Part shown: positions 60,349 to 64,000 of the stretch, in pieces
Layout: each line of letters starts with the position of its first letter
Position numbering within the stretch: position 1 is the stretch's first letter
Assembly (NCBI GenBank): GCA_965602015.1
Contig: OZ271918.1
Coordinates: 1,920,001 to 1,984,000 of the forward strand
Direction of reading: 5' to 3'
Origin: Salinispira sp.
GTDB taxonomy: Bacteria > Spirochaetota > Spirochaetia > DSM-27196 > Salinispiraceae
DNA length: 64,000 bases
Program-made: the position numbers and the translations under genes
Notes under the pieces: model-generated
Told to the model about the DNA's origin: nothing
The model's input: only the letters and a program-made list of their open reading frames with translations
Databases searched by the model: none

Positions 60349-62808
60349 ATGATTACAAAGACAAGTGCATCAGCGTGGCTTCTCCTGCTGCTCTCCTCCG
60401 CGTTGTTCGCCGTGGATGCGGTTCCGGGCAACTTCCTCCTGGTCAACCAGAGCCATCGCAGTCCGGTGACCGCTACTGCGATAAATTCAGAAACCGGACT
60501 TGCTTTTTCGGGAAGCAGCGACGGCGTATTAAAAGTTTGGGACATCGGTGCGGGAAAACTCCTGCAGCGCCTTCAGATTTCATCGGAGCCGATTATCATG
60601 ATCGCCCCTAGCCCCGCCGGCGATGAAGTGGCCATAGTGGAAGAGGGCTCGCAGGGGGAATACCGTCTTTCAGTGTGGGACTGGATAGAATCACGGCTGA
60701 GTTTTGCCCGAACCCTGGAAGACCTGCCGCTTTTCCTCGATTACAGCCCCCGGGGCGGTTTGCTCACCATGGCCCTGCCTCAATGGCGGTCGCTTCATTT
60801 CTTCGACAGCGCCCGGGCACGGGAACTCGACTATCTCGAGGACGGGTTCGGGATTGTTCACTTTGCCGCGGTTTCGAACAGCGAAGCGAGAATCATGACC
60901 TACAGCGCTACCAACGGCAGCATTCGCTATTTAGAGCTATCCAACGGCCAGCTCAATCACGAAACCCAAACTGTCAGAGATCTGGTGCACTTCACCCTGC
61001 TTCCGAATCGGCGGCATGCCCTGGGTCTTCGGGGCAGCACGCTGTTCCTGGTCGATGTACTCAACGGTTCGACCCTTGCCAGGGCCGAAGTCGGCGATGT
61101 GGAAGAAATCATTCCGGTAAACCCCGGGGCAAACCGGTACTTTCTGGCGGAAGAAAGCGGCGGCCGTCACCGCCTCTACCCTCTTGAAGTCCGGATCGGC
61201 GGTTCGTCTGCCGAGTTGAGCATAAGTCGCACCGACAGCATTGGCATGTCCGGAATAAACCGCTACTTCGCCAGCGGAAGTTCTTCCGGGGTGTTCTCCA
61301 ATAATAACGGAAACATCGGACTGATCGGCGATAACGGCGTCACGCTGATGGGACTCAACTCGGTCAGTCGGATTCAGTCGGTTGCAGGCCTTGGAGAGTA
61401 CCTCTATGTACAGAGCACCGACGGGATCAGCCGTTTTTCCGCCGATATACTCAGTCAGAGCGCCGGTAACGTGGACCGGATACAATCGAGTGATGAACCG
61501 ATTATCGAAAAACTTGATCTTCCCCTGGTAAGTCCAGGGGGCATGGCCCCGCTTAATAATGTGTCATTTCTCGCATGGGACCGGGAAAGTCTGGACGGAA
61601 TTATTGAATACAATAATTTTACCCGGGAGGTAACCCGGATACCTGTCGAACTCCGGGCTGCAGTGCGGAATATCCGGGTCGGCGAACGGTATATCATCGT
61701 CCTCGATACGGAAAACGGCCTGCATCTTCTGGACAGAAGCGATTACAGCCAGCGTTTTAGTTATCAGACCCTTGGACTCATCGATGCGGTTGAACTTGAC
61801 AACGGACTTATTCTCATCGGGAAAAACCAGTCGGGCTTTTTTAATTCGAGTCTTATTGAAGTTAATCCCCGCACCGGTGAGACCAGCATTGTTGAAAGCG
61901 ACGACACAGTAGTGTTCGAGTTTGCCGACGACCCGGGCGGCAGGGGCTTTTACAGCATCGGGATCAACAGCGATAACAACCGGTCATACACAGTGGTTCG
62001 GGAATTTTCCCAGGGCCGCCCCGACCAAAGCCGAACGCTGATGCGCTTCAACGGCGAGGACACCGATGCGGGTCTCGAGTTTAATACGATCAACAACACC
62101 CTGGTAACATCCGCCGGAAAGGAAAGCGTCAGCATCTACCAAAACCGGAGGCTGCGAACCACCGAGGGCAACAATAACCTGCCACGGCAGGTCTTCCTCT
62201 CGGGGGCTCACATCTTCGCAATCAATGCCGACGGCAGCCTCTCAGTGTGGGATAACCGGAGCCGCCGGCTCACACACCGCATCATCAGCCTGCCCAACGG
62301 CGACCTTGTGCTGATGAATGAACACGCCTCCTTCCTGGCATTGGAAAATCAGGCGGGATCGCCTGTTGTGGACTATCAACGGCTTATGGTTCCGGTAATG
62401 CGCTCATCAAGACCGACGATGAACAGGATACTTTTAGGCCCATCTCCCGGGGTTGAAGAGCAAAATGAGCAGACTACCCCCGCAGAACCGACATCCGATC
62501 AGCAAACCGAAGGTGATAGCGTTAATACCGACGGGGAGCGAGAGGACGCTGCCAACCAAAACACAAATAGCCAAAACACAAATAGCCAAAACACAAATAG
62601 CCAAAACACAAATAGCCAAAACACAAATAGACAAAACACAAACAGTCAAAACGATGATTCCGGAAATCCCGTTCCATCCGATGAACAGACAGCTGATCAG
62701 AATTCTGAGCAGACTGAAGGCTCCGAGCAGAACGACGATACTGATGCCGATAGTGACGGAGAAAATCCCCCTGGTTCGGCGGAAAATGAAGGGCAGGATG
62801 CGGACTGA
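60349..62808 (+). CDS. Exported WD40/beta-propeller protein with a low-complexity acidic tail
   Basis: Signal peptide; H..PVT...SGSSDG.LKVWD and DGSLSVWD. Confidence 0.8.
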   Translation: MITKTSASAWLLLLLSSALFAVDAVPGNFLLVNQSHRSPVTATAINSETGLAFSGSSDGVLKVWDIGAGKLLQRLQISSEPIIMIAPSPAGDEVAIVEEGSQGEYRLSVWDWIESRLSFARTLEDLPLFLDYSPRGGLLTMALPQWRSLHFFDSARARELDYLEDGFGIVHFAAVSNSEARIMTYSATNGSIRYLELSNGQLNHETQTVRDLVHFTLLPNRRHALGLRGSTLFLVDVLNGSTLARAEVGDVEEIIPVNPGANRYFLAEESGGRHRLYPLEVRIGGSSAELSISRTDSIGMSGINRYFASGSSSGVFSNNNGNIGLIGDNGVTLMGLNSVSRIQSVAGLGEYLYVQSTDGISRFSADILSQSAGNVDRIQSSDEPIIEKLDLPLVSPGGMAPLNNVSFLAWDRESLDGIIEYNNFTREVTRIPVELRAAVRNIRVGERYIIVLDTENGLHLLDRSDYSQRFSYQTLGLIDAVELDNGLILIGKNQSGFFNSSLIEVNPRTGETSIVESDDTVVFEFADDPGGRGFYSIGINSDNNRSYTVVREFSQGRPDQSRTLMRFNGEDTDAGLEFNTINNTLVTSAGKESVSIYQNRRLRTTEGNNNLPRQVFLSGAHIFAINADGSLSVWDNRSRRLTHRIISLPNGDLVLMNEHASFLALENQAGSPVVDYQRLMVPVMRSSRPTMNRILLGPSPGVEEQNEQTTPAEPTSDQQTEGDSVNTDGEREDAANQNTNSQNTNSQNTNSQNTNSQNTNRQNTNSQNDDSGNPVPSDEQTADQNSEQTEGSEQNDDTDADSDGENPPGSAENEGQDAD
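62557..62652 (+). repeat. 15-bp tandem repeat (QNTNS) x6
   Basis: CAAAACACAAATAGC units, the last two degenerate. Confidence 0.95.
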
Positions 62809-62863
62809 TCTGACGGATAAAAACGCGAAGCTATGCTGCAGGTAGCAGTGATAGCGAGTTAAA

Positions 62864-62890
62864 GCGGCCGCAGCCCCGGCCGTTTTTTTT
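62864..62890 (+). terminator. Intrinsic terminator between convergent genes
   Basis: CGGCCG-loop-CGGCCG followed by T8. Confidence 0.8.
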
Positions 62891-62918
62891 CGGCAGTTCG
62901 CAGGGCTATGCCAGTCCT

Positions 62919-63212
62919 TTAAGCAATTTCCGGCGGATTTTTTGAAATCTTTTTGATTGCCTTTGCAACGGCCTTCTCGATTTCCTTGTGATGCTCTTCC
63001 GACAGCGCCGGCTCATAGATTCGGCCCAAGAGGTTCGCCCGGTACATGGGCGTTACCAGATTCAGGGCGAAGGCAGCCATGTCGACCACCGAATCCTGAT
63101 CCCGCGGGACGGAAGCATCTGCCGAATCGAGCTGTAATTCCAACTCACGGAATACCAGTTCCTCAGCAGCGTTGTACAGATCTTCAAAATTATACTGTGC
63201 TTCCAGAGACAT
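62919..63212 (-). CDS. ComFB-like family protein
   Basis: N..EELV...D.AA.ALN...P.Y pattern and C-terminal NP. Confidence 0.7.
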   Translation of the reverse strand: MSLEAQYNFEDLYNAAEELVFRELELQLDSADASVPRDQDSVVDMAAFALNLVTPMYRANLLGRIYEPALSEEHHKEIEKAVAKAIKKISKNPPEIA

Positions 63213-63229
63213 TTATCCCTCCCGTCGAA

Positions 63230-64000
63230 TTACATTCCGTGTCTGTCCAACGACACATATTCAGCATAACTCGGCAGGAAGTTAATATCAACCGTACCCA
63301 CCGGGCCGTTTCGGTTCTTGGCCAGGATAAGCTGAGTCTCAATGCCCTGCATGGCATCGGCCATTTCCTTGTCATGGCTGCGGTCTCTGTGAAGAAACAT
63401 TACCAGGTCGGCGTCCTGTTCTATGGCTCCGGACTCCCGAATGCTTGCCAAATGAGGCGCCTTTCCCTCGCTATCCCGGCTGACCTGACTGAGGGCGACC
63501 ACGGGTATTTCGAGCTCTCTGGCCAGGGCTTTCAGGCTCCGGCTGATTTCCGCAACCTGCAAGTGTCTGTCCATCATGTTGTTTTCCGGGGTGATGATCG
63601 AGATGTAATCGATAAAAATGATTTTTACATCATGCTGGGCCTTCATCCGGCGGGCCTGGGCCTTGAGATCCAGCAATCTCATATTCGGGGTGTCGGAAAT
63701 GTAAAACGGCGCATCGTATATTTCGCTGGCCACATCCATGATGGAGTGAAAATCCGAAGCCTTGAGTAATCCCTTGCGAAGATTTCCCCCGCTGATATGG
63801 GTTTCCATTGAAATTAATCGCTGCATGAGCTGCATATCCGCCATTTCAAGACTGAAAAAACCCGTGGGAATTTTGTGGCGAAGGCAGATGTTCCGCGTCA
63901 TGGTGAGAGCCAGGGCAGTCTTACCAATGGACGGCCGGGCACCGAGGATAATAAACTCGGAGTTTTGGAGTCCGTCGGTCATGTCGTCGAGCACCGGGAA
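63230..64000 (-). CDS. dnaB: Replicative DNA helicase, 5' part outside the window
   Basis: GARPSIGKT, FSLEM, IDY, LSQVSR, RESGAIEQDAD, KNRNGP. Confidence 0.97.
   Translation of the reverse strand, partial: FPVLDDMTDGLQNSEFIILGARPSIGKTALALTMTRNICLRHKIPTGFFSLEMADMQLMQRLISMETHISGGNLRKGLLKASDFHSIMDVASEIYDAPFYISDTPNMRLLDLKAQARRMKAQHDVKIIFIDYISIITPENNMMDRHLQVAEISRSLKALARELEIPVVALSQVSRDSEGKAPHLASIRESGAIEQDADLVMFLHRDRSHDKEMADAMQGIETQLILAKNRNGPVGTVDINFLPSYAEYVSLDRHGM

Noticed and set aside
62957..63769. 270-aa + strand ORF
   Set aside because: Antisense to dnaB and the ComFB-like gene

Overview
Bacterial chromosome segment, most likely from a free-living spirochete (inferred from the SpiroCoCo-type coiled-coil gene and the rpsB-tsf-frr-uppS-cdsA-rseP order). 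About 48 kb is housekeeping: purM-purN-purD, an rlmB-like methylase, grpE-dnaK-dnaJ, pirin, a HAD hydrolase, a TonB/ExbD/ExbB/TPR cluster, der, ptsI, tlyA, ymdB-like, rny, kbl, tRNA-Arg(CCG), maf, rpsB-tsf-frr-uppS-cdsA-rseP and dnaB. The notable part is a ~15.5 kb island (about 2865-18335) between purD and rlmB. It is an array of four 5'-truncated Rhs/toxin/immunity cassettes. Each cassette is followed by the same highly structured spacer of about 0.9 kb. The spacer begins with a ~70-bp hairpin resembling an integron attC site (core CTT instead of GTT). In three of four copies it carries a conserved antisense GxxExxY (PD-(D/E)xK-like) gene on a segment bounded by CGAAG direct repeats, and the fourth copy lacks that segment exactly. 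Three IS elements (IS66, IS21, IS3 families) have inserted in the array. Two lack target duplications and sit at deletions. No integrase and no full-length Rhs gene is in the window. All calls are by eye from the sequence and ORF track; no searches were run.
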